Position numbers and translations under genes: made by a program. 64,000 bases of DNA from Raillietiella orientalis (lineage: Eukaryota). Shown here piece by piece: positions 41,276 through 53,822 of the stretch. The notes under the pieces are model-generated. The model saw only the letters and a list, made by a program, of their open reading frames with translations, was not told the origin of the DNA and ran no database searches. Position 1 is the stretch's first letter. Each line of letters begins with the position of its first letter. The stretch spans positions 1,426,001-1,490,000 of the forward strand of contig JAYWIR010000037.1 of assembly GCA_036172245.1 (NCBI GenBank). The letters are read 5' to 3'.

Positions 41276-44200
41276 CTTTGGGCTCGATCCTGGTATGGTT
41301 CGATAGAGTCTACAGTATCTACAGGTTACGAGCCTGGGAACGCAGGCGGCCGCAGAGGACGTCGTGATCGATGAGTTCCTGCATCCCGGACCGACTGGCT
41401 AACGAACACGTGGCGCACTTGCGTTGCCCTATTTCAGCAGCCCGTGCGGTTCGTCCGCTCATAGCGGTTGAACCGCCCTCTATGAAGAGAGCTCCTTTTA
41501 AGACTGAGGTGGCCAGCCAGTGCCCTTTTCCTGGTCCTAGAGCTGAATTCCGGGGCACCTTGTTAAGGACGAGATCGATGAACTCGGACCAGCCTGATGG
41601 CAGGTTGTCCCACTAGTCCTCGCACGTCGATCTGTACGTCAGGCGCTGCGCCTCCTACAGGTGGTTTTAGCCGGAGATCGCTCCGCACCCACCTGCAGTG
41701 CCACCTTGTTAGTCTGTGCTTTCCTCGATCGCTGCAGTTTGCTTCGTTGGGATCCTGTGAATCACTTGGGGTGGCTCCTGATCAGAAAGATGTTGGGCGT
41801 AGACCGTATCTCGCTTGCTGCGGTATCACTAGGAAGCATTTGACGGAGCAAAGATCACTCAAACCCAACAGCAGCAAGAGACTTCCAGGAACTACACTTG
41901 ATGATTCGGAGTTGCTCCTCCCACTGTGCTCTCAGACAGGATGCGGCAAACTGGAGCGGAACCTCCGAAACAACATCACGCGCTTTCTGCTATCCGCTCA
42001 CCGCTCGAGATGGCAAGAATCTCCACCCCAGAAGTGTTTCCACGATCTGACGGACTTCCTCCCGTTGCGAAGAGGCTTAGCTCTCTTTTCTGGGTAGGAC
42101 ACGTTGGACAAGTTGATCTTTCTGCATTTGGGCTGTTGCCCGGAAGTGATGGTGTGGGGTTCTTCATGGGGGAAGTGTCTTCAATACCAACCCGCACTCA
42201 GGAGAATTCTCTTTTTCCTATTTTTGCTGGGGTGTTTATGTGACTTGCCGGTTACTACCAACTGCTCATGGACTTTGCAGGTGGCAGCAGTGTAGCCGCT
42301 TTCCGTAGCATCGATCGCTGTATCGGTTGAGTTTTCGATTGCGGTAACGCGTACTATCGTTACCGCGGAAACCTTGCAGCGATAAAATTGTTTAGCGACT
42401 GTCATTCATGGCAACAAAAAAGATTATTTTTCCGTGTTTCTTTCTTTTTGTTTCGTGACCTGCTGCGCTTATGCGCTTTTACTCGAGAGGATTTCTCATG
42501 GATGGTTTGTGCGCAGTCCGCGGATTGCTACATCAAGTTTCCTTCATAGAGACCTTGCAACTCTTTTTTTTTTTTCTTTCCCGCGCTTCTTTGAGCTCTT
42601 TTTCTTTATTTTTCGCAGTGGCAGCATCTCAGACATCATTTTTCGAACGTTTTGGTGTGACCCTTCGATCCGCGGAGATGACACCTCATCGAGGGCCACT
42701 CTCCTAAGGTGTCACGTCTTCCAACAGACAGCACTAATTTTGGACTCACATGAGAGCAGCAAGTCAACGAATTCGCTGTACACTTGCAGTATGTGGGTTG
42801 ACTTCCAGGAGGGATTCACCTTTACTCGCGACGCCAATCCCTGGAATCCAAGGAGTACTGTGGGCATTGCGCAAAGCTTTGAACCGCCTCATACTGGCAG
42901 TTTACAGACACTACTGCTTCGATCATCTGCACAGTCACCTCGTGAAAGTAGACCACGATTGGGATGTCCACCGCTACCGGGAAGTGCTTTTCGGTCTCAA
43001 CGCTAATCGAAGTCGAACGAGCCTTGTGTCACCAAAGTTTACCCTTACCCACCAGCTGACCCCTGTGCGGAATGTTGTCTTCCCGTCTTCTATGTTAAGC
43101 TTCTCCAGCTCGCCCAGGAAAGAACGCTCTTCAGAAGCAGAACTATTTCGTCCTGTGTTGTACCTGTGTAGTGCTTTTTACGAAGAATACGTAACCATTG
43201 GTTGCGTATTCCCCGCTCCCCTCATGAGCTTCGGGTTTCGATGACCAACAGATCGCTCCCTATGTCTCTATCGTGGAAACACTCATTCTTGAAAACTGAC
43301 ACCACTTCATTTGTTCTGAGAAGGGAACCTCACGCTTCCCTCTCTGGATTTTTTAAACAGCGAGCAACCGGCTACGATGGACTGACTGTGGTCCTCGTTT
43401 GCAACCAACGAAGCCCTGCCTTGTGCGGCTATTAATTGCAGCAAATGGTCGCATTGATAGATCCGGTGTTGGAAGGAAACAGCTGCCAAGAGACGCTAGG
43501 AGAACCTCCTCTGCCTCTCCCATTTCCTTTGATGGGAATGGTCGAGTGAGCCATTCCCGTCGGAGGAAATGCGAAAAGCAGACTCTAAAAGAGTGCTCTC
43601 ACGAGAGGCAATCCAATGCTCAGAATGCTGGGATAGCCTTGGGCTTCTGCTTGACAAGTGAGCGTAGCTCGTTGGGGCGCCAACAACATCCGCATCGGTG
43701 CGAAGTCTACGGTTGTTCGCTCGCGTGCTGATTCACGGAATTTCCTCTAAGAGGTGGTCGACTTGGGGCACGGCATGGCCATTAACGTGCGTTTCCAAGG
43801 AGAAAGCCTAGAAGGATTGGCAACCGCCACTCAAGTAGTGTGGACTTCCTGCTGCAGCCATGGTTTCTTGATTAGCAGCGGTTACACTCCGACCGGCAGT
43901 GTTAGATAGCTCCAGCCGGACAGATCCGTAGGAGTCGACCGTCACCATTGTGACCTGCAGGATGCGTGTTCAAGGTGACTGATCTTTTGCGTCTGGTCGT
44001 CTCCTTTGTCTACCAAAAGAGATCGGATATAGCCGTGCTCCGATCCCTCGCGTCTCTATATAACCTGAACCCACTTCCACGTGCTGTGTCCCCAAGGCAC
44101 AGGAAATCTTGAGATGCTTCAAGGAACAGGTACGTGAGGGTACACGTTTAAACATTCAGGAGCACGCGTGGCGTAGGTCACCAGCATGGATACAACGCTG

Positions 44201-44614
44201 ACTCAACATATCTAGGAACGCTCGTTTTAAATGCCTGGTGGACCACGCAGAAACAACAAATTTGGACTGTCCATGCTCACCACAGGGGAATGATGATGTC
44301 ATCGATAAGTAGCGCATAGAAGGATAACAGCGAGTAATGTGAGGAGACTCAGACCGACGCAATTCCGCTTCGTAAGGTATGTACTGTGGCAAAAGATGTC
44401 CCTTCTTTACAGCGCGTGCGCCGTCTTGTATTGAGCGAGTCGCGTATCGCTAGATCGCGTTCTGAGAGAGAAGGGATGCTGATCAGGCATGCAGAGAACG
44501 GGAGATAAGATGCTCTAGGAGGGAGAATTTGGCTCTTTCCAAGCGTTATGGGAGTGCGCGGCAGTGCTTGTGCGAGAACTGCTTCTTTGCTAGCGAGTTA
44601 CGCTGGCTCCCACG

Positions 44615-44758
44615 CACATCAAAGAGACGAGACCACTGTGTCTGACTGTCGTCTGCACGAGTGCGCCTCCGAAGCAAGCCAGAACCGCTTGAGTACTGCT
44701 ACTTAAACTGGAGTAATAGACAGTATCTGTTGGCCACAAACACCCCAACTATGCTTCC
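44615..44758 (+). repeat. Left arm of a long inverted repeat (partner 45847-45992)
   Basis: Direct comparison: reverse complement of 45847-45992 except for one substitution and one 2-bp indel. Confidence 0.97.
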
Positions 44759-45846
44759 CTTCCTAGTCTCCCGGAGGTTCTCCACCTCTATGCGTTTCTG
44801 AAGCTGGTTGGCGATACCTTTGTTAAAATTCCTTTGATGGAGTTGGAGTGTCCCCGTTCCTTACCACGGTCATTCTGTCTTCTGGTGACCGTCTCATTTT
44901 CAGATTCTGAGATTATTTAGATGATGTCTTCCTCCTCGATCGACGGTTTAAGAGATCTCCTGAGGTGATCTCTCGTTTCCTAGTCATCAGTTTGCCCTAC
45001 TGATGGATGGTGCATCGTTACCTGCACTTATCGAGTGCAGTTAACGATGCTTTCTGCCTTGCCTCATCACTCGGAAAGGACGATGAGCGGACTACGGAAG
45101 GGCACTCGATACCTTACCCAGAAACCAAAGTTGCAGAGGAGAGAGATCGGTAGTATAGAAATTGCGTTTCCCTGATTGTTGTCGAAAGGTCCCATGATTT
45201 CAGGGACGGGGAAGAAGAAGAATGGATACGAAAAGATGAGAACTCGGCTGTGCTAAGAAGTTTGTTTACACCATGAACGGGAAACACATCCTAGGTCTAG
45301 TAGGAGCCGAAAACTACTCGCAAAACGGCTGTTTTGGAGGAAACGGAGGCAGGTGAGAACCGGTACGCAAATGCGTTGAACTCGTCTCTCATTGACACTC
45401 GCGACTGATCCCATGGTTATCCAAGTTTACTAGCCGCAAGGAACTAAAATTGAAACGTATGGGACTAAAATTCAGTTTCACGATGCGCTGAAGGAAAGAT
45501 GGCTGGCTGAGGTAAGCCTGAGGATAGCCCTCTTAAGAGTAGGCGATTTTGACATTCGTCTGCTCTGAACTGGGATACATAGTTAGCACACACTAATCAA
45601 CACGATTCACGCTCAGATGAATACGCTCAATTTGCTGGACGGATCACAACCAGCCACATTCATAAATTGGTGATGAAGATAGGATGTGATTGATGACGTC
45701 AGACATCCCACAGATCGAGGAATCTTTCTGGTGAAGGATTCGAAAGGGTCTCTCACCGTAAAGATCCTTTTCGAACACATGGAGACTTCTAAGCAAGAAC
45801 CTTCGGGAGACTGTGCGGTGGTAGCAACTCTCGGAGAAGAACCATA

Positions 45847-45992
45847 GGAAGCATAGTTGGGGTGTTTGTGGCCAACAGATACTGTCTATTACTCCAGTTT
45901 AAGTAGCAGTACCCAAGCGGTTCTGGCTTGCTTCGGAGGCGCACTCTTGTGCAGACGACAGTCAGACACAGTGGTCTCGTCTCTTTGATGTG
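45847..45992 (-). repeat. Right arm of a long inverted repeat (partner 44615-44758)
   Basis: ggaagcatagttgggg...ctctttgatgtg is the reverse complement of cacatcaaagag...ccccaactatgcttcc. Confidence 0.97.
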
Positions 45993-48900
45993 GCTGAGCC
46001 CTAAGTAAACAGCGCTGCATGTCCGAAACTTTCAGCGAGGTTTCGTCTGACAGCAAATCCAGGACTAGTGCGACTGAAATGTTCAGATCAAGAGTTCTGC
46101 ATGTGGTTTTTTAGAAGCCATGGCTGGGGATAACAGGAGAGTGTACATGGGTTACAGGCGCTCAGCAACCGTACCGAGCTGAATGTCGGCAGCCTGCGGG
46201 AATTGCCAAAACCTTCCCAAAGCCAAGCGACAACAGTAACAGTCCAGATCGGTCTGCAAACGTGCGCAGTACTTTTCTTTGCATTCGAAGTCCCCAGTAG
46301 AGCCCATCTTCTCGCAACGATTGCTAATCGAAGGAGCGATCTTCACTGCGTAGGTGTTTCCAGGGTGTCTTAACGATCCTTTCATTATAGATAAAGTTAT
46401 TGCACACCCACTGGAAGTTTCGAGGTCGCAAACCACTTGCAGAAACCATGAGCTGTCTTCGAGATCCTAGAAAATCATCGCTTTCCCATTCTATTTCTCT
46501 CCTATCTGCCCATGCCTTAATCACCATTATCAGTACGTGTGCAGCATGCCGATGAGGAGATGCATAGTGCTGAAGGACTCCATTCCTAGATAGCACAGAT
46601 GACAAGACTCTTCACCCAACTCTGTGAGGCAGGATGCTGCCCGAAGGAAAGCACAAATGACGCTTCTAAATTTTCGTCATTGAGGTCGGGATTCCAAAGT
46701 GGAGCTGCAGCCTCAACTTCATCAGCATAAGGACGCCGAGTCCTGAATTCATTTGAGGCCAGGGAAGTCATCTGGCGGGCCCTCGTCTTGCGTCCGTTCT
46801 GCACCTCACCTCTTGTGGCGGATGAAAGAAAAGAAGAGATCGAGGAACGAACCACAAAAGTACTTTAGATGCACACCGGCATGTACAACCTGAGAACGAA
46901 AGATCAGAGCTACCTCCGTATCTTGAAGGTGGGACCAAACTTTTGCCGTGTAGGAGCACCTAACTGTACATCAAGGTATTTTAGAGAACACCACATAGAG
47001 ATCGAATGAAGCCCCTCTTCCATGTCCGTTCAGACAGGAATCATCTTCGACCTAATCCTGCTGATCTCATTTTCTCTTCCTGTAAAATAGACTTGAAGAA
47101 TTATTCTTCCAGACCATCACGACAAACATGCGGGAGCAGAAACTTTTCCAGGCTGCATTAGCTTTTCTAAATGCGTTGAGAATCGACTTGGACAAGATAC
47201 TTGATACCTTCCCAAAAAAAGGCTGTCCTCTTGTGTGATTCCGCTAGTTTAAGGACACTCATGAAAGAAATCTCGCTTGCGCATAGTCGAAGGTGATCCA
47301 CGTAAAGCAGCAGCATTCTTAGCAAACTTGGGTGATATTTCAGAAGCTTCAGAAGCAGACCGTGACCCACATAATCAATAGTGTTTTGGGTATAGAACTG
47401 CAACTTCCAAGGCATCCAGAGAGTACATCGCTTTCTGGATTCCCCTTTTTCAGTGAAAATGGGTATATCTCTGCATCTTGGACACCATTCTCTTCTGTAG
47501 TTGGAATGAGATCTGTTCAAAGAGCAGGTTGTTCTCGACGCTCATCCCAGGAACAGCTTATGACCATCGCTGAATGATAACGAAGAGGTCACGCAACCTC
47601 AGACGCTCAGTTCGCAGCTTCCAGAGCAGCTGCGTGTACAAGTCTACAAGCTTTAGTTGATGTCACTTACCTATCCTACGTGCGCATCCTCCTTGGTAAT
47701 GGAGACATACTCTTGGTGGCCAGATGAAGACAGGCACGCGAGCCTTCACTCGCTTCAGCAGTGCTTCATTGCTTGGCGGCTCTAACCGCCAAGCAATGAA
47801 CCAACTCCAACGGCTGGTCTCCTCTCTTTGGTTCTTAATCTTGTTTCAGTTTCCCGATGGCAGTGATGAACTGTCTCATCGAAAACTTCTTATCCAAGTG
47901 CGTGGGTTACTTCCTCATTTTGGGGAAGAGCGCGTTCCAGCAACAGTTACTCCCCGGACTTATGCCCCATGGGAACATTGTGTGCAGCGATTGGAAGTTG
48001 TACTTTTCCTACTATCACACAGAGCCTAGGACCATGCTCGCGTAATTGGAATGCTGCTTTAGAGTGCCAGATCCTGACCCTGACCTTGTACTTCGTCAGC
48101 TGACGTCCACTTGTACTCATGGAGATCGAATGCTCGCTTTTCACTGAGGGTGGACGTGCTTCTTGCGCTCCCCTGGTGTGCATGATTTCATGGAGAGGTT
48201 CGTGTCTTCAAGAAAGAGCGACTGCTCTTCATCCCCTCCTAGATGTTCTGGGTTAAGAGGTGAGATGGATGCCACCAGCTGAACTGCCCACAAGGTTTCT
48301 CTGCTTCCTGATGGATGAGCCAAATCACCAGAAACCCCTGAACATCCATCGGAAACATTTCCCAGGATGATGCGGCTCGTAATCAACCCTGAATGGGGTC
48401 GAACTCAATCATTTCTTTCGGCCCACCCATAAGCACCGGTGTTCCTCAAGGAAAGCATGGTCAATAGAGTAGCCCTTTCAGGCTCGTTTGTAAACGAGCT
48501 GCTCTCGTGTACAAAGCCGCAAAAGTCGAAGAGTTGCAACCGTTTTCTCTGTGCCGGGCGGTCACATTCTACAGCTGCCGACAGGTGAAGCCACCCGCTG
48601 TCAAATGAGATGCAGGGACACTGAGAGTGGTACAACACCTAGAAGGGTGGGGAACACCTTCGATCGACCGCTTTTCTGCTACCATGTTACTCAACGTTCG
48701 TCACAACATCGATCGACTCGACCTTGCTCAACATCAAAGCGTACGCAGCGCACCATTACCGCAATGCCTACCTCTAGACCATGCTGCATGTTTAAGAGTC
48801 ATGAAACTTCGGAAACCTCTATGCACCTTTGTGTATACTGAACAAGATTTTCGGAAATAGTTTCACTCCTCAATACATACGTTGGGCGATGCACTTGCTG

Positions 48901-49800
48901 ATGCCCGCAATCCGGCAAATCCTTTTCACATAATAATCAAGTCCATCTCTTCTTTATCTTACCAATACGCAAAGGGGGCATTGCTTTTTGACTTGTTTCG
49001 CTGTGAGCTCCACGAAGAGGCTGGCATAGTCCAAGATCTCATTGAGGGTGAGTTTTCCAAGCAACTGATTGCATAGTTGTTGGAAGAGTGGGAATCTTGA
49101 CGTGTCCCGCGATTCCTTCTGCCAAGTGCTTGTGTTCTGTCGGCGGGCAGGTTCTGGCGGCTCTTGTCTCTGCGGCAACATTGCCAACGGAGCACGGTAA
49201 CAGAATGCTTGCCCACGCTTGCGGTTGCGCGAGACGAAGAACGCAAGGCCGTCTTAGTTCACAGTACTTTCGGTGAAATGGAGGGAACAAATACATGAGT
49301 GTGCGTTCAGCAGTCTCGTCATGTGAGCCAACCTCTGGAATGATTCTTGCATCTGCATCCGTTTGGCGAAGCGGGTACGGAGCCGCTCAGTCGCACCTGC
49401 GATCTGATAGCCACAGGACTTTTGGCATCAGGACAGCGACTTCACAGAGCCTCCAACAACCTCCAGGAGAAACCAAAAAGAGGGAGCGGAAGAGGGTAGT
49501 GACGAAGACGTTCGACGCTATGGCCCCCTCCGGAAACATAAGTTCGCTGTTCCGAATGGGTGCCAGGGTACGTTTGCATCTTCTTGAAGAGAAGGAACTG
49601 CGGCTTGACAAGGAGGGAAGCACATCAAAGCTCAGAAAAATTTCTGGTGATTCACTGGGAGTAATTCGGTTCTGATCTGTGATTTGGCGTGGAGGCCTGT
49701 GCTTGCAAAATTCCTTACTGGGAAACTGTAGATCGATTACAGGCCTTAATGGGAACAGGATGTCAAAACGTTTAGGGAGCACCGAGTATGAGTACATGTT
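45847..49800 (-). mobile_element. DIRS-like retrotransposon relic B; boundaries approximate
   Basis: Minus-strand ordered motifs: SGRSKVFP (~48670, cf. GGRL..F), MDVQGFLVIWLIHQEAEKPCGQFSWW (48272-48349, RT DLKDAY..IH...F.W), AVPGMSVENN..NRSHS...EW (~47490-47560, end of RNase H), TLWMPWKLQFY (methyltransferase-like), LCYLGM (~46590, YR). Confidence 0.6.
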
Positions 49801-51221
49801 GCTTAAAAAAACAAGTTACGAGCTATTACTAGTGTTATTCGAGAGGTTTCAAGATAGTGACGTTACCGAACAACGTTTAAAATAATGAACCTCATAATAA
49901 TGCCTTATCATGATGTCGAGTGGTATTCAAAAATCTTCAGAGAGCAGTGAACCGCTAAAAAAAGGTTAGGGCACAATTATATTAAATGTAATTAATAGTT
50001 GTACAGCAAACAATGCTAACTTAAAAGAACTTTATTCACCTAATAATAATGAACTACAAACTACTTGTTTCTGTTCCATGTCCTTGCTAGACACTCGATG
50101 AATGAAAAGTATTAAGACCCTGAACACAGTTCTTTGGATACAAAAGGAGGCAAGCAATTATACATCTGGATGAATTACAAACAGATGTGGTTGGCGATAA
50201 TTGTTCATAAAAGTTTGCCAATCTTCGTACCACACAAAATAAATAACTGAAAACAATCATACTACTAGGCTGCTGTAAGTTGCAGTATATGATTACTTCG
50301 TTTAATGTTGCATTCGGAGTACATGGCAAAATAAGTATTGGTGCAAAAGAATCCATTCAAAATATGAATATTTGCTTCAAATATAAAAGTAATCAGATGA
50401 AAGTACAAATATTGACTTATTTTGTGGCATCAAGGGAAAATCAAAAAAGTTATTCAAACCTTGATTTTTGTTTGGAGCAAAATGCTCCTTGAACACTTTG
50501 CAAATTGATTCATGCTTCATGTTGCAAATTTGCTGGAGTATGGATCGTAATTCCTAAATATTTTCATTTGATGCCATTTAAAGGCAGTTTATTTTTTTGG
50601 AATGCAATCCACTTCAATTAAACTACAATAACTTACCAGCTGCACAAGCATTTTTATAGAATGATTGTCCTGGACAGTAACACATCATGCACTCTTCTCT
50701 GAACAAATATCTGGATCATGACACACAACCACAGATAAGATTCACTATCATGTAAAATACTGCTGCCTAATCTTGAATGAACTTGACATGAATTTTCTCA
50801 TCAGTCATTATACATAGATGCCATGTTGCTATTTCATATCTTAGCAGCATGACATGACATGTACAATACAATGCATTCAGTCAGATTCTGATTAGTTCAC
50901 ACTGGATAAGGCAAATTTATAAGCTGTTAATATACAGAAACAGCCTGAGAATATGCAAGACTACAGCATACACTATAAAAGCAACAGAAGGCATCAAAGC
51001 AACAAATGCGCCACATTACTATAAACAAATCATTAATAAATCCAAGTCTGAATGCTGCATTCAAAATAGCTTTCATAAACTGGACCCATAGATAGGAAAG
51101 ACCAGATAAATTAGGTTACACTATAATACTGCACTGCATTCTAAACTAAACATTTCCTTGCTTTGAAGGTTACTTAACTTCCATTGTACATGCAAGAAAA
51201 GTCATTTCTATGCTCATTTCT

Positions 51222-51227
51222 TTTATT
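51222..51227 (-). promoter_or_regulatory. Proximal candidate poly(A) signal of RTN4IP1 (a distal one at 50031-50036)
   Basis: AATAAA on the minus strand about 125 nt after the stop codon. Confidence 0.4.
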
Positions 51228-51352
51228 AACGTATGTGATGCAATACTTACAATCCACAATCTGTGTGGAAATGTCTGACTCAGAGACAATGTGCAAGGTT
51301 TTAATTGATAGAATGGTTCAGATAGACAAACAAAATGACAGGCACAAATGCC

Positions 51353-51481
51353 CTAGCTAGTTTCAGGCAAACAAGAATTCCATGAAATCACAGTTTTCCC
51401 AACATTGGATCCTGTTTTGACTTTCCAGTATGCAGTAGAAGCATCGACAAATGGAACACTAAGTTGCACAATAGGCTTCAG
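51353..51481 (-). CDS. RTN4IP1: RTN4IP1-like oxidoreductase, exon 6 (last)
   Basis: ggcag acceptor; LKPIVQLSVPFVDASTAYWKVKTGSNVGKTVISWNSCLPETS*. Contains the MDR/QOR C-terminal GxxxGKxV motif; TAG at 51353-51355. Confidence 0.9.
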   Translation of the reverse strand: MKPIVQLSVPFVDASTAYWKVKTGSNVGKTVISWNSCLPETS

Positions 51482-51535
51482 CTGCCATCAGACTTAACAT
51501 TAAGAACTTTGAATTGCATGCAGTTATGCACTGAC

Positions 51536-51815
51536 CTTTCCATTTTCAACCATAGCTTTAAGGTCCAGCAATGCTGCCTGAATTGGTAGAAAATATGCCC
51601 ATAAGATTGATGCTCCTGAACGACTGAAACGAAGATTGCTGATAATAAACTGCTGTGCTGAGACTAAAGTGCCAAGCACAAAACCCAGATGATCAAAATT
51701 GGCTAACAATGGTGATGACAAAGTAACAAACTTGCTGCAGTTCCATGTTTTAAGCACATTCAAGTATGATAAAGCATTTCCAGCTTGATTTCCTGCATCT
51801 AAAACAAGGTCATAC
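51536..51815 (-). CDS. RTN4IP1: RTN4IP1-like oxidoreductase, exon 5
   Basis: ttttcag acceptor and gtcagt donor. YDLVLDAG...KFVTLSSPLLANFDHLG...WAYFLP...MVENGK matches the RTN4IP1 C-terminal half. Confidence 0.93.
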
Positions 51816-51866
51816 CTGAAAACATGAGGGCAAGTAGACAATTGCAGTTATTTTCACTTAACAAAC

Positions 51867-51970
51867 CGGTGTGAGTTCTTGAATATATCAGCATCAGATA
51901 CATTGTATACATGTTGTGCTCCTAAGTCATAGAGAAGTTGAGAAGTATCTGAACGACAAACAGCATGAAC
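51867..51970 (-). CDS. RTN4IP1: RTN4IP1-like oxidoreductase, exon 4
   Basis: tag acceptor and gtttgt donor, phase 0 to 2. Reads VHAVCRSDTSQLLYDLGAQHVYNVSDADIFKNSHR. Confidence 0.9.
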
Positions 51971-52017
51971 CTACGTATGAGAATGCTAGAATAATGCACA
52001 GCCAATGTATATAATAC

Positions 52018-52215
52018 CTCAGCTCCCCAAGCATGCAACATTTGCACAGCCAAACTTCCAACACCTCCTGAAGCTCCCAGAACCAAGACACGTTGAGATT
52101 GAGCATTATGCTCATTTATTCTTCCAGTAATGACTAGAGAACACCAAGCTGTGACTCCAGCATATGGTATGCTTGCAGCCTCTTCATAGGTTAAAGCACT
52201 AGGTTTTAAAGTCAC
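52018..52215 (-). CDS. RTN4IP1: RTN4IP1-like oxidoreductase, exon 3
   Basis: VTLKPSALTYEEAASIPYAGVTAW...RVLVLGASGGVGSLAVQMLHAWGAE contains the Rossmann GASGGVG motif. GT-AG boundaries. Confidence 0.95.
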
Positions 52216-52256
52216 CTATGACAAGCACATAAACTGATTGGCAAAAATCAACTAAC

Positions 52257-52477
52257 CCATTCTTCACTGGCTATAACATAATCTGCATGAGAACCTTGTG
52301 CATATGGAGGTATAAATCCCCATACCTCATCATCCACTTTCAAGTTTTTCACTTGCTGGCCCACTTGGACTACAGTACCTGCAAAATCTCGTCCCAAAAT
52401 CAGAGGAAACTCAACACTCTGAAAACTTGGACTATACAATGTTCTTATGGCATTCAATATTTCTGAACCATATCCCT
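52257..52477 (-). CDS. RTN4IP1: RTN4IP1-like oxidoreductase, exon 2
   Basis: ttctttgcag acceptor. (E)GYGSEILN...EFPLILGRDFAGTVVQVG...DEVWG...QGSHADYV has the hallmark PLxLGRD motif. Confidence 0.95.
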
Positions 52478-53569
52478 CTGCAAAGAAGTGCTGGAAATAA
52501 TATTTTCATGTTATGCATTTTCATTATTCTACAGATAATAATTCAAACTAATATACGCACATCATGCCTATGATTATTTTTGATATATTGACCCAAAAAC
52601 GTCATGACAATAAGGAGTATTTATATGTGATTACTGTGTAAATTGTCATGCCATTATCTGCTATCCAACTACTTATTATTTGAATGTATATGTATTTTAA
52701 AAATGAAGGGGTAAAAAAATTACTGTAAAAGAAATTATTTAACTACTTAACTGAAATTCCAAAGCAAACAAAAGCAACTAATGGTGGGACAGTTAGAAAA
52801 TACATCAAATCAAGATTGCTTAATCATAAGACTGATTGAAATATTTAAACAACTAACGAAAGCAGCTCAGAAAATCAAATTTCAAGCAGCAAGATTACAG
52901 ATCTTGCATATTCAGATGTCAATACTTATAAATGCTTTGAAAGTCTTTCCCCATCATCCAAACCCAATATGAATATGGCTACTGAAAACTGCAAGTATTT
53001 TTAAATAAAAATGATTTCAGTTTTATTGAATCAGAATAAAATGCTTTCCTTAATTTTTTAGAAATTCAGACAATGAACCAATTATCATTGTTTTTTTGTG
53101 AGTTTGGTGCAAGCTAGCTTGAAAATCGAATTGATGAATGGTTTACAATATAGTCATGCTCTCAAAGTGATGGAGATTCAAAGAATCCACTAAGTTTAAA
53201 TTCTGCCTAGGAGTTCAAATGATGCCACAGAGTACAATCTTTAAATTGTCAAATTAATTGACTTGACAACTATGAATGCAATGTATTTAAAACAGAAATT
53301 AAGTGAGGAAAGCAGATGCAAACTTCCACATGATATTTAATTACAACATACGTGCATATAGGAGAATTACACCAGTTGTCAAAAAAAAAAAAAGTATTCG
53401 AACAAATGATTTCACCAATGGCAACATACAAGTCACCACATGTAAACTAAAACATTCACGTTTTGGTGATCATATCAATATACGTACCATGACCACCTTT
53501 TTGTTAACAGTTTAAGATATGTTCCTACTTCAAGGAAAATTACTTGTATTGTGTGTTATTTCTTCCTAC

Positions 53570-53822
53570 CTGTCATGGCTACATCTAGAGGATTAATTGA
53601 TGCTGCCTTCGTTTTTATAAGTAGTTCATGAGGCTTTGAAATGCGTGGCATTTTATGGCATTTAGAAATACTGAGTTGTTCAATTCCATTATATTGATAT
53701 AGCTGCCAAGCTGACATCTCTGTATGAAAATAACACCATATGATGGCAGAATGAAACTTCTTGCAAACACAAGAACACACTATTTGCACATTTCTGAGTC
53801 CACGAAGTGCATTAAAATTCAT
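53570..53822 (-). CDS. RTN4IP1: RTN4IP1-like oxidoreductase, first coding exon (start codon inferred)
   Basis: MNFNALRGLRNVQ... is basic and lacks acidic residues, like a mitochondrial presequence. It runs into MSAWQLYQYNG...ELLIKTKAASINPLDVAMT with a G|gtagga donor. Exons total 1185 nt = 394 aa. An alternative acceptor at 53719 cannot be excluded. Confidence 0.85.

Larger units (their letters stand above)
40330..44758 (+). mobile_element. DIRS-like (tyrosine recombinase) retrotransposon relic A; boundaries approximate
   Basis: Ordered decayed motifs: Cys-rich gag-like start (~40360), LWALRKALNRLI (~42860), YREVLFGL (~42975, RT LPFGL), HASLSG (~43330, RNase H DASxxG), ADSKRVLSRE (~43580), TYLGTL (~44206, YR box). 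Ends in a repeat shared with relic B. Confidence 0.45.

Noticed and set aside
41215..41290. Possible tRNA gene
   Set aside because: Only a T-arm/B-box is present, with no acceptor, D or anticodon stems; treated as a SINE head.
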